Positions 29,788 through 38,456 of a DNA stretch of 64,000 nt are shown in pieces. The stretch comes from a virus, in the IMG/VR virus record IMGVR_UViG_3300021090_000013, positions 1-64,000 of that record, one strand, 5' to 3'. The position numbers and the translations under genes are program-made. The notes below the pieces were generated by a model that saw only the letters and a list, made by a program, of their open reading frames with translations, did not search any database and was not told the DNA's origin. Each line of letters begins with the position of its first letter. The stretch's first letter is position 1.

Positions 29788-31532
29788 AGCGCCTGCAGAT
29801 CGGCACCGACGGCTTCACGCTCGCCCAGGGCGTGGTGGAGGACGTCGTCGCCATCCTCGGTCGCCGCGGACGGGGAAAGACCACCACTGGCGTCGTCATC
29901 GTCGAGGAGCTGTACAAGGCGGGGGCCCGCTTCTGCGTGGCCGACCCCACCGACGTCTGGCACGGCCTCAAGAGCAGTCGCGACGGGAAGCGCCCAGGGA
30001 TCCCCTGCGTCGTCATGGGGGGCGAGCGAGGCGACGTCCCGCTGTCTCCCGACGGGGGCGAGATCATCGCCGACTTCGTGGCCGACCCGACGAGCCCCTC
30101 CTGCGTCCTCGAGCTGAAGCAGTTCACCCAAGGCGAGCTCGTGCGGTTCATGACCGCCTTTCTGGCCAGGCTCTACCACAAGAACAGCTACCCTCTGCAC
30201 CTGGTGCTCGACGAGGCCGACCAATTCGCCCCGCAGAGGCCGATGCCGGGCGAGCAGGCGATGCTCGGGGCCGCTCAGCGGGTGACGAAGATGGGCCGGT
30301 CCAAGGGCCTACACCCGCTCCTCATCACCCAGCGCCCGGCCACGCTCTCGAAGAACGTCCTCACGCAGGCGGGCCTGCTCGTGTCTCACGCCATCACGGG
30401 CCCCCAGGACCGGAACGCCGTCGACGACTGGATCAAGGCCAACGCCGAAGAGGGCGAGCGGGAGCAGTTCCTGTCCTCCCTTCCCGGACTGCCCCGGGGA
30501 ACGGCCTGGTTCTGGAGCCCGGACGTCCCGCTCTTCCGCCAGGTCGGGGTCCGAGACCGCGAGACCTTCGACTCCTCGGCCACACCGAAGCAGGGTGAGC
30601 GGATCCAGCCGAAGGCGCTGGCCGAGGTGGACCTCGAGGCCCTGAAGGTCCGCATCGCCGCCACCATCGAGAAGGCCAAGGCCGAGGACCCGCGAGAGCT
30701 TCGGAAGACCATCGCCGGGCTGGAAAGGGAGCTGCGGGCCAAACTTGACAAAAAGGCCGTATCGCCGATTCCCCCCTCCAAGCGCGTCGAGGTGCCGATC
30801 CTGAAGGACGCGCACGTGAAGCGCCTGGAGGCGGCCGTCGAGAAGCTCCTGGCCGAGATGGCAAACGTAGCAGTCCAAGTCGCTCATCGGCAGCAGGTTG
30901 TCGTCGCCGTCGCGGGAAATATAACCGACCAGATCAAGGCGGCCCTGGCCGCGACGACCGCGAAGATGGGCCCGGATCATTCACAAACTATTCAGACAGC
31001 TCCGCCACGTGCCCTTCGTAGAAACCCGACCTCAAATGAGGAGGCGAAACTACGAAGGCCTGCCGGAGACGCCCGCCTAGGCTCCGGCGAGCGGGCCATC
31101 CTCACGGCGATCGCCCAGCACGGCGACGACGGCGTCACCCGCGAGCAGCTCTCGATCCTCGCCGGCTACAAGCGCAGCTCCAGGGACACGTATCTCCAGA
31201 GGCTACGCGCTGGTGGGCTCGTCGAAGCGGTCGACGATCGGATCGTCGCGACTGACGCCGCGCGCTCGCAGCTCGGCCCCGACTTTGAACCACTCCCAAC
31301 CGGTGAGGCGCTGCGCCGGCACTGGCTGGGACGGCTGCCCGAGGGTGAGCGCCGCATCTTCGAGATCGTCGTCAACGCTTACCCGCGGGCGGTGGAGCGG
31401 TTGGCGATCGACGAGGCGACCGGTTATCAGCGGTCGTCGCGTGACACCTACCTGCAGCGCCTGTCCGCGCGGCGCCTGGTCCGACCAGTTGGCCGCGGTG
31501 AGGTCATGGCGGCGGAGGGGCTCTTCGGATGA
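29784..31532 (+). CDS. HerA/FtsK-like (DUF87-type) ATPase with duplicated C-terminal wHTH-like domain
   Basis: GRRGRGKT, LVLDEAD, ITQRPA; repeated GER.I...GY.RSSRDTYLQRL. Confidence 0.85.
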   Translation: MKRLQIGTDGFTLAQGVVEDVVAILGRRGRGKTTTGVVIVEELYKAGARFCVADPTDVWHGLKSSRDGKRPGIPCVVMGGERGDVPLSPDGGEIIADFVADPTSPSCVLELKQFTQGELVRFMTAFLARLYHKNSYPLHLVLDEADQFAPQRPMPGEQAMLGAAQRVTKMGRSKGLHPLLITQRPATLSKNVLTQAGLLVSHAITGPQDRNAVDDWIKANAEEGEREQFLSSLPGLPRGTAWFWSPDVPLFRQVGVRDRETFDSSATPKQGERIQPKALAEVDLEALKVRIAATIEKAKAEDPRELRKTIAGLERELRAKLDKKAVSPIPPSKRVEVPILKDAHVKRLEAAVEKLLAEMANVAVQVAHRQQVVVAVAGNITDQIKAALAATTAKMGPDHSQTIQTAPPRALRRNPTSNEEAKLRRPAGDARLGSGERAILTAIAQHGDDGVTREQLSILAGYKRSSRDTYLQRLRAGGLVEAVDDRIVATDAARSQLGPDFEPLPTGEALRRHWLGRLPEGERRIFEIVVNAYPRAVERLAIDEATGYQRSSRDTYLQRLSARRLVRPVGRGEVMAAEGLFG

Positions 31533-31807
31533 GCGACCCCCGCTACCACTCCGGTGTCATCCAGGGGATCGCCCTCAGCCGCCACCACGGCGTGTTCCCC
31601 GGGGAGATTCCAGGCCTCGGGGGGCGTCGAGGCGCGCAGCCGGGTGGGCTGTGCGCCTTTTGCCCTCGGGGGACGCACCCGCAGTTCTCATACACCTGGG
31701 TGACGTACGGGGACCGCCATGTGTGCGGCCGCTGCGCTCGGAAACTCGCGAACGAAGGCGACCCCGAGGTCGAGCAGATGCTCGCGCGCGCGAAGGGAGC
31801 GGCATGA
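31529..31807 (+). CDS. Zn-finger hypothetical protein, paralog B
   Basis: Paralog of 27456..27740. Confidence 0.75.
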   Translation: MSDPRYHSGVIQGIALSRHHGVFPGEIPGLGGRRGAQPGGLCAFCPRGTHPQFSYTWVTYGDRHVCGRCARKLANEGDPEVEQMLARAKGAA

Positions 31808-31830
31808 GGGCTCGCGTGCCCGGAGGAGTG

Positions 31831-32529
31831 GTGAGCGCGCGTCCGATCATCTTCGGGGCCGACTCAGTCCGCGCGATTTTTGCCTGCACCAAGACGCAGA
31901 CGCGGCGGATCGTGACGGACGCCACAAGTCAAGGCAACTGGAGGGCTTCCGATCTTGACCTGTCGCGCGCGTGGGTAGATGCCGGGCCTTCTCCGGCGGG
32001 TAATCCGGGCCCTTACCTACATGCTCCTCCCACGGCCAAAGCCCTGGAGCGGCGCGGGCATCCGGCCGATGACGCTGTGGTGGATCGCCTGTACCCGCGA
32101 TGGTTCCCAGGCGACCGGCTGTGGGTGCGCGAGGCCTTCCGCCAGAGCGATGGCAGCATGTCGGTCCACTACCGGGCCGACCTCGACGAGGTGAGCGGGG
32201 GACCGTGGCGACCCTCAATCCACATGCCGCGCTGGGCCTCACGCCTGACGCTTGAGATCACAGAGGTGCGCGCCCAACGACTCCAGGAGATCACCGAGGA
32301 GGACGCGCGTGCGGAAGGGGCGCGCTACTACGCCGACATCCCCGCAGGCCCCTACGGGGACAGCGGCACGCGCTGGTCGATGCACGACGACCATCCACCG
32401 AACACGGACCACTGCTTCAGCAACGCGCGCCTTGCCTTCGGCCGGGCCTGGAACGGGATCAACGTCAAGCGGGCGCCCTGGGCCAACAACCCTTGGGTCT
32501 GGGCCTTGACCTTCGAAAGGATGGCCTGA
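31831..32529 (+). CDS. ASCH/PUA-like conserved phage protein
   Basis: RPIIF...KTQTRR, GDRLWVRE, WRPSIHMPRWASRLTLEIT, NPWVW motifs. Confidence 0.85.
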   Translation: MSARPIIFGADSVRAIFACTKTQTRRIVTDATSQGNWRASDLDLSRAWVDAGPSPAGNPGPYLHAPPTAKALERRGHPADDAVVDRLYPRWFPGDRLWVREAFRQSDGSMSVHYRADLDEVSGGPWRPSIHMPRWASRLTLEITEVRAQRLQEITEEDARAEGARYYADIPAGPYGDSGTRWSMHDDHPPNTDHCFSNARLAFGRAWNGINVKRAPWANNPWVWALTFERMA

Positions 32530-33410
32530 TGCGAGACGGGCAGTCCCCCCTGCACCTGTGGAGCCGATGGAGCCCGGCCGATTACCTGAACGATGAGGTG
32601 GTACGGCTTTGCGCTGCGAGGGGCAACATGGTGGCCCTTGCCGTCTACTTCCATGTCCTCCAGGTGTCGCGCCAGGCGGGGGGGGATGTACCGGCAGACA
32701 TAGAGGGGCTGTCCGCGGTGCTCGGCATGCCGCGCAAGCTCGTGGCCAGAGGGTTGGGTCTCTGGGTACAGGCAGGCAAGCTGCAAATCGAGGGCGGGCG
32801 CCTGTTCCATCCTCGCGTAAGGCGAGAAGTCGAACACGATCTAGCATTTAGAGAGGCTGCTAGAATCAGCGGTACTGCTGGTGGTCAACGGTCCGCTTCG
32901 ATCATCAGGAAGGGTACCGTCAAGGGTACCGTCAAGGGTACCGTCAAGGCACCCTCAACCTATCCGGAGCCTTATCCAGATCCTGTTCCGGAGCCTGTTC
33001 CGGAAGTAGTGCTGGCGGCTGCAGAGGGGGAGTCTGAGGGGGAGACCCAACGGACGCCCGCCAGCCCGCCCAGCTCCTTGGATGAGCCAGGCATTCCGGT
33101 CAGTTTGCCAAAAAGGCCAGACCAGCGATTCGTCCTCTGGATCGACCACGATCCCGAGGACCACGACCAAGCCGCCCTGGTGGCGAGGGTCCTGGAGCTG
33201 GAGGCGGTCGACGCCGAGATCGACGGAAGGCCCCCCAGCCGGGAGGGCGCCTTGAACATCCTGGCGGCCGTGAGCGGGACCAGGGGAGGGAAGTCCATCG
33301 ACTGGAGCCTGCGCCAGGTGACGCGGGAGTGGCTGGTGGCGAGCCTCGCGACGTGCGAAACGCTCGCCGAGGAAAACGATCTGACAAGCGGCACTGCCGC
33401 AGGAGGGTGA
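32529..33410 (+). CDS. putative replication initiator (YdaU/DUF1376-like N-terminus)
   Basis: WSPADYLND...GGDVPAD...LFHPRV; internal tandem repeats. Confidence 0.7.
   Translation: MRDGQSPLHLWSRWSPADYLNDEVVRLCAARGNMVALAVYFHVLQVSRQAGGDVPADIEGLSAVLGMPRKLVARGLGLWVQAGKLQIEGGRLFHPRVRREVEHDLAFREAARISGTAGGQRSASIIRKGTVKGTVKGTVKAPSTYPEPYPDPVPEPVPEVVLAAAEGESEGETQRTPASPPSSLDEPGIPVSLPKRPDQRFVLWIDHDPEDHDQAALVARVLELEAVDAEIDGRPPSREGALNILAAVSGTRGGKSIDWSLRQVTREWLVASLATCETLAEENDLTSGTAAGG
32910..32957 (+). repeat. 12-bp tandem repeat AAGGGTACCGTC x3 plus a degenerate copy; putative origin iterons
   Basis: Exact repeats within the initiator gene, as in lambda O. Confidence 0.7.
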
Positions 33411-33411
33411 G

Positions 33412-33810
33412 ATGGGAATGTTGCTGCCGGTGGAGTTGACGCAGGACGAGTTACTCGCGCGCGGTCGGGAGCTGGCCAGCGTGAAGGACGAGCACACCCA
33501 GGCCCAGGCCGACCTCGAGGCGGCTACCGAGGGTTGGAAGGACTCGAAGAAGGCGATGCAGGAGCGCATCGAGGACCACGAGTCGGAGATGCGGCGCATA
33601 GCGCGTGCGATCCGATCCGGACGCGAGGACCGGGACGTCGATGTGCGAGAAGAGCCCGACTTCGAGACTGGCATCATGCGCACGGTCCGTGCTGACACCG
33701 GCGATCTGGTGCAGAGCCGAGGGCTCACCGAGGCAGAGCGTCAGCGGTCCCTCTTCGCAGCTCCGGAACGCGCTGCCGCAGCCGAGGCGGCCGGTCAAGT
33801 CCGCGCCTGA
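33412..33810 (+). CDS. hypothetical protein
   Basis: GGAGG RBS; LPVELTQDEL...RADTGDLV pattern. Confidence 0.7.
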   Translation: MGMLLPVELTQDELLARGRELASVKDEHTQAQADLEAATEGWKDSKKAMQERIEDHESEMRRIARAIRSGREDRDVDVREEPDFETGIMRTVRADTGDLVQSRGLTEAERQRSLFAAPERAAAAEAAGQVRA

Positions 33811-33841
33811 TAATCACCGCTAACGAATCGGAGGTGACGGC

Positions 33842-34369
33842 ATGATCTTCGTGGGAATTGACCCGGGCTTGAAAGGCGCGATCGCGTTCCTGGGGGATGG
33901 CGCGGAGCCAGCTTTGGTGTCCATGCCGGTGATCAAGCGGCTCCGCGGCCAGGGACGGGACCAGATCGACATGGTCGGCCTACGGGACTTGCTGCAGAGC
34001 TGGCTCCCGCTCCGCTTCGGCTGTTTCGTGACCGTCGAGCGCGGTCAGGCCCTGCCGCCCGGGATGGGTGGCGGGGTCGCCAACTTCGCTCGTGGCTACA
34101 ACCGCGGGATCCTGGAGGGCCTACTGGTGGCTCTGCGCATCCCCTACCAGCTCGTGCCGCCGCAGGCCTGGCAGAAGGCCATGCACGGGGGATCTCCCGC
34201 CGGCGAGAAGAAGCAGCTCTCGATCCTGGTGGCCCAGCGGCTCTTCCCGGAAGTCAATCTCCAGCGCACACCGCGGTGCTCGACGCTCTCTGACGGCCTC
34301 GCGGAGGCGTTGCTGCTGGCCGAGTACGGGCGCCGCACCCACCAGGGGGAGCATGCCCAGCGCGCCTGA
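33842..34369 (+). CDS. RuvC-like Holliday junction resolvase
   Basis: IFVGIDPGLKGAIA, VER, PQAWQK, DGLAEALLLAEY. Confidence 0.85.
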   Translation: MIFVGIDPGLKGAIAFLGDGAEPALVSMPVIKRLRGQGRDQIDMVGLRDLLQSWLPLRFGCFVTVERGQALPPGMGGGVANFARGYNRGILEGLLVALRIPYQLVPPQAWQKAMHGGSPAGEKKQLSILVAQRLFPEVNLQRTPRCSTLSDGLAEALLLAEYGRRTHQGEHAQRA

Positions 34370-34559
34370 CCACGACCTACTTTCCCGGCTGGAGGCACTC
34401 TACGGGCGGGCCTTCCTACGGCGCTTGGTCGTCTCCGGGGAGGAGGCGATGCGGGTAGCCGCGCGAGGTGGCGAGCCCCCGCCGGAGATCATCGCCCGGG
34501 TCAAGTTGCGCGATGGGCGGGCGGTCCTGGCCACGGTCGAGGCGTGGCGGCCGATCTAG
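34353..34559 (+). CDS. hypothetical protein (last early gene)
   Basis: GGGGAG RBS; overlaps the resolvase end. Confidence 0.45.
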   Translation: MPSAPDHDLLSRLEALYGRAFLRRLVVSGEEAMRVAARGGEPPPEIIARVKLRDGRAVLATVEAWRPI

Positions 34560-34564
34560 AACCC

Positions 34565-34584
34565 TTGACACGGTAGCGTACACT
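34565..34584 (+). promoter_or_regulatory. putative late promoter: TTGACA-N8-TACACT
   Basis: Same geometry as 5660-5679; upstream of the lysis cassette. Confidence 0.55.
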
Positions 34585-34654
34585 TGCCATAGACGTACCC
34601 CCGGAGCAAGAGGGGTCGCTCAGGCCGGGTTCGGAGCCTCGGCCGTTCGTAGAG

Positions 34655-34700
34655 AGCCTCAAGATTCCATGTTCGGAGCCATGGAGCCTTGGGGCTTTTT
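34655..34700 (+). terminator. intrinsic terminator-like hairpin in endolysin leader
   Basis: AGCCTCAAG/CTTGGGGCT and TCCATG/CATGGA stems followed by a T run. Confidence 0.7.
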
Positions 34701-34732
34701 CGTTAGGTGGAGGAAAGCGTGGAGCAGCTAGG

Positions 34733-35242
34733 TTGACGCCGGCCCACCAAACGCTGAGTCACGGCCTGTTCATCACCCGCGCTTTGGCCGCAGCTCGCCA
34801 CGCGCTCGAGCTCGGCGCCCCTATCGTCCCAGCCATCGCCGCGGCACAGGCGGCACTTGAGAGCCGGTACGGGATGAGCCGGCTGGCCAAGGAAGCCAAC
34901 AACCTCTTCGGCGTCAAGGCCGGCCGCCGCTGGCTACAGCCAGTGCTCGAGTTGCCGACGCGAGAGTGGCGCCTCGGGCGCTTCGTCACGGTTCTGGCGC
35001 GCTGGCGCAAGTACGCCTCGTGGGAGGAGTGCTTCGCGGATTACGGCGCGATCATCGGGCGGCTGTCGTGGTACGCCGATGCGGTCGCGGCCGCCAAACG
35101 TGGGGACGCGCGCGGGTTCCTGGCCGGCCTGTTGGCGCAGTCGCACGGTCCCGGGCCCGCCGATGATGAGCCTGGCTGGGCCAGCGATCCTGAGTACTCG
35201 GCCAAGGTGCTGGCGGTCGCGATGCAGTGGGGCCTGCTGTGA
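34733..35242 (+). CDS. endolysin, GH73 glucosaminidase (FlgJ-like)
   Basis: AQAALESRYG, NNLFGVKA, RKYASWEE, WASDPEY motifs. Confidence 0.9.
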   Translation: MTPAHQTLSHGLFITRALAAARHALELGAPIVPAIAAAQAALESRYGMSRLAKEANNLFGVKAGRRWLQPVLELPTREWRLGRFVTVLARWRKYASWEECFADYGAIIGRLSWYADAVAAAKRGDARGFLAGLLAQSHGPGPADDEPGWASDPEYSAKVLAVAMQWGLL

Positions 35243-35512
35243 TGCTCCCCTGCGATTGGCTAGAGACGGGATTCACGCTGGCGGTCTTGGCCGGTATCGC
35301 CTGGGCTGTGTGGCGCATGTTCAAGGAGCGCTGATGGCCCGCGTCTACGGTGGGCTCCGGGGGGGCAAGCTGCCGCCCCCGGTCTCGATGGCCAGCACCC
35401 AACGACGCGCGAGCCGTCGCTGGCCCTCGACGGCGCGGCTGCTGGAGATGCTGGCAAGGCTCCAGGAAGGTCGTCCCGCGGGCGTCGTCCCGCAATCGGA
35501 GGAGGCGTCGTT

Positions 35513-36022
35513 ATGAAAAAGTTGAATCTGACGGTTGCCGTTTCAGCGCTGCTCGCGTTCGGGCTGCTCGCTCTCGTGAGCCTCGGGTGCAACCCGACGC
35601 CAAACGACCCCAGTACGATCTACATCAGCAACGTCAACACCAACACCCAGGGAGGTCAGCCGTCGCCGCCCGCGGATGCCAGCGGCGCCCTGCCGGCCGG
35701 GTCCGTGGTCAAGATCGAGATCTTCGGGGCGAGCTGCCCGAGTGGCGCCAACCCGCGGCCGAACCCGGGAGAGCTGAAGCTGGGTTGCTCCCTCGCCGTG
35801 ACCGCCACGCCCAAGGGGCCTGACGGCGCGAACCTACCCGCGAATGTACACGGCCCCAACTGCGCCTGGGCGGTCCCTGTCGGATCCACGTCCCTGCGCG
35901 TGGTCGAGGACGGCTCGCAGCCCTTCAACGCCACCGTTCTCGCCACCGCCATCGGCCAGGGCGTGGTATCCGCGGTGGTCAAGGGCACCACGGGGACGCT
36001 CCTGATCACCGTCGTGCCGTAG
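35513..36022 (+). CDS. lipoprotein
   Basis: MKK + hydrophobic stretch + LVSLGC lipobox; GGAGG RBS. Confidence 0.8.
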   Translation: MKKLNLTVAVSALLAFGLLALVSLGCNPTPNDPSTIYISNVNTNTQGGQPSPPADASGALPAGSVVKIEIFGASCPSGANPRPNPGELKLGCSLAVTATPKGPDGANLPANVHGPNCAWAVPVGSTSLRVVEDGSQPFNATVLATAIGQGVVSAVVKGTTGTLLITVVP

Positions 36023-36031
36023 GGGTTCGCC

Positions 36032-36922
36032 ATGCGCGCTCTCTGGCGTACCGCAAAGGCGCTCTTCCGTCGCCATCCGACGATCCACTACTGGCCGACA
36101 GGCGGCGCCTCGCTCCAGGTGGGAGACCAGCTCGTCCCGCTTGCCCGAGCCCCGGCCGGCTGGCGTGTAGCCGGCATCTTCGCCCTGATCCTGCTGCCCG
36201 CCCTCGCCCAGGCCCAGGTGCCGCTCCAGCCCGACTGGAGCAACCCCGGCCACGTCTACGGCCCCGTGGACGGCGTCGCCCCGCTGTGGTCTCAGGCGCC
36301 CGCGGCCGTCGAGCCTGAGCCGCCTCCGCCCAACCTGCGCCTCTCCATTCTCGGAGGAGGCCTCGCCTCGCTCAGCGCCGACGCCTCTGGAGTGGTGCCC
36401 TTCGCGCGCATCGGGGCCGAGGCGCGGCTGACCAAGACCGAGAGGGGCCCGTCCCTCCATGTGGTGGTGGACCTGACTGCCGAACCAGGAGACTCGGTAA
36501 CCATCGAGGATCCGCAGACCTACAGGGGGATCGAGTTCTCGGCCGGGGTGAGCCAGCCACTTGGAGGCCCGCTGCTGTTCAGCACGTACGCCGAGATCGG
36601 CTTCGTCTCGCGGCTGCCCTCCGATCCGGCGCCGCGGGACCGCACTGCGAAGTGGGTCTCGGCGGGCCTGCTCTTCCAGACCAAGGGCCGCGAGCATCGC
36701 CTCGCGCTCGGGCTCGGCCGCGACCAGCGGCTCAACGGAAGCTGGGTTACTGCGGTCCAGGTGAGCGGCCAGGTGAAGCTGCGCGAGTCCAAGGGGATCT
36801 CGGTCTACCTCGTGGGCTCGGCCGTGCTGTCCCTCGAGGTTCCGCTACCGGCGGGGTCCACCTTCGCCGGCTACTCGCCGCCGCGCGACAGCGTGCGCTG
36901 CGGCATCGCCTTGGGGGTGTGA
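36032..36922 (+). CDS. exported, possibly outer-membrane beta-strand protein
   Basis: Signal-like IFALILLPALAQA; amphipathic strands; ends RCGIALGV. Confidence 0.55.
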   Translation: MRALWRTAKALFRRHPTIHYWPTGGASLQVGDQLVPLARAPAGWRVAGIFALILLPALAQAQVPLQPDWSNPGHVYGPVDGVAPLWSQAPAAVEPEPPPPNLRLSILGGGLASLSADASGVVPFARIGAEARLTKTERGPSLHVVVDLTAEPGDSVTIEDPQTYRGIEFSAGVSQPLGGPLLFSTYAEIGFVSRLPSDPAPRDRTAKWVSAGLLFQTKGREHRLALGLGRDQRLNGSWVTAVQVSGQVKLRESKGISVYLVGSAVLSLEVPLPAGSTFAGYSPPRDSVRCGIALGV

Positions 36923-36923
36923 C

Positions 36924-37415
36924 ATGAAAGGCAAGCTCATCGAGTGCGCCATCCGTTGGCTGGCTGGCGGGATCATGCGCGAGGTCGCGGACGGTCGACG
37001 GGGGCCGAGGGCCTTGGCCGCCTACCAGTTCATGTTGGGCAAGAAGACCGCAACGGGGTGGATCCTTGCCGTGGTACTGGCCGCCACCGCGGCGTTCGAC
37101 CCCCAGCTCGCCCTGAAGATCGCCCCCGTCCTTGCCACGGCATCGGGGCTATTCATGGCCTGGGGCTTCCTGGACCGCGACTGGCGCACCAGTGAGCCGC
37201 CCGCCTGGGTCGGAGAGGGCTTCCACACCCTGGTGAGCCTAGGCCCCGTCCTGGCGCTCATCACCGACCTTCTCGTCCGCTACCTGTCCGGCGCTGGCTG
37301 CGCTGGCTGTGGGGAGTGGGCCCATCGCATAGACCTGGCCGCGGGCTCGGTGGCCATGGCAACGGCGTGGCTCGCGACCCGCTTGGCGCGGCCGCCGCTC
37401 CAGCTCGAACCCTGA
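36924..37415 (+). CDS. multi-TM holin-like protein
   Basis: Four hydrophobic segments; in the lysis cassette. Confidence 0.6.
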   Translation: MKGKLIECAIRWLAGGIMREVADGRRGPRALAAYQFMLGKKTATGWILAVVLAATAAFDPQLALKIAPVLATASGLFMAWGFLDRDWRTSEPPAWVGEGFHTLVSLGPVLALITDLLVRYLSGAGCAGCGEWAHRIDLAAGSVAMATAWLATRLARPPLQLEP

Positions 37416-37442
37416 ACGGGGAGACGCGAGAAGGAAACACCC

Positions 37443-37835
37443 ATGTCCTTTGAATTTGGGGCGCTGCTTCAGGGCTGCATTGCCATGCTGTCGATAGGAA
37501 TCGCCTGGGGGCTGCTCAAAGGCAAGGTGGAAAAGCTCGGAGACAAGATCGAGACCGGCCACGCCGACGCGCTGCGCGTGGCGAGCGAGGCGGGTCGCTC
37601 TTCGCTGCGGTCTCACACTCGGCTCGACGATCATTCGGGCCGGCTGACCAAGATCGAAACCGGCTGCATCTTCCACGAACGGCGGCTCGACGAGAGCATA
37701 GGCTTTGTGCGCAGCGAAGTGTCGGGCCTACGCGAAGCGCTGGACAAGCATGTGGATGCGATGGGCGAACGCCTCGACGCCCTCGCCGACAAGATCGATG
37801 CCCTGCGAGCCGGACAAAGGGGTGTGGCGCCATGA
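37443..37835 (+). CDS. TM plus coiled-coil protein (lysis-associated)
   Basis: N-terminal TM helix and heptad-rich remainder. Confidence 0.65.
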   Translation: MSFEFGALLQGCIAMLSIGIAWGLLKGKVEKLGDKIETGHADALRVASEAGRSSLRSHTRLDDHSGRLTKIETGCIFHERRLDESIGFVRSEVSGLREALDKHVDAMGERLDALADKIDALRAGQRGVAP

Positions 37836-38455
37836 CAGCCAAGCTCGTAGGCGGAGGCTCGGCCGCGCTGATGCCGGTGTACTTCGTCGGGCGCACCGGT
37901 AGGCGATGGTGGCGTGACGGCTCCGCCATCGTGTCCGACTTACGAGAGGTGATCAAGGAGGTCAAGCCCAACAAGGGCGCGAGCCTGCGCGACGCCGTGG
38001 ACCGAGTAGAGCGCCTGGTGGCGGAGAGCGCCCTACTCGGTAGCCAGCGCTGGAGGGCGATCAACGACCAGGCCACCCTCGGCTACGCAGAGAGCGATCA
38101 GGAGGGCGGGATCGTCTGGGCAAATCGCACGTTGCGGGACATGATCGGTCGCGACGCGCAGGACATGAGCGGCTGTGGCTGGCTCAACGCGGTGACGTCC
38201 TCGATGCGCGACTGGGTGCGCGACTCCTGGGCAGAAGCCATCACCGAGGCCAGGGACTACGAGGAGAGCGTAGTCTTCGAGCGCCACGATGGTACGCGCG
38301 TCTGCTGCAAGGTCAAGGCCGCGCGCACCACGCGCCTCGATGGCTCGCTCAGCGGGCACGTCCTCACCGTGGCGCTATGCGCAGAGATGATCGCGGGGAA
38401 GCCGTGCGGGGAGTGCTACACCGCGCACCGGTTCGGGATCCCGTCAGAGCTATAG
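37832..38455 (+). CDS. PAS domain protein
   Basis: YAESDQEGGIVWANRTLRDMIG...GWLNAV...W.EAI pattern typical of PAS/PAC. Confidence 0.75.
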   Translation: MTAKLVGGGSAALMPVYFVGRTGRRWWRDGSAIVSDLREVIKEVKPNKGASLRDAVDRVERLVAESALLGSQRWRAINDQATLGYAESDQEGGIVWANRTLRDMIGRDAQDMSGCGWLNAVTSSMRDWVRDSWAEAITEARDYEESVVFERHDGTRVCCKVKAARTTRLDGSLSGHVLTVALCAEMIAGKPCGECYTAHRFGIPSEL

Positions 38456-38456
38456 A

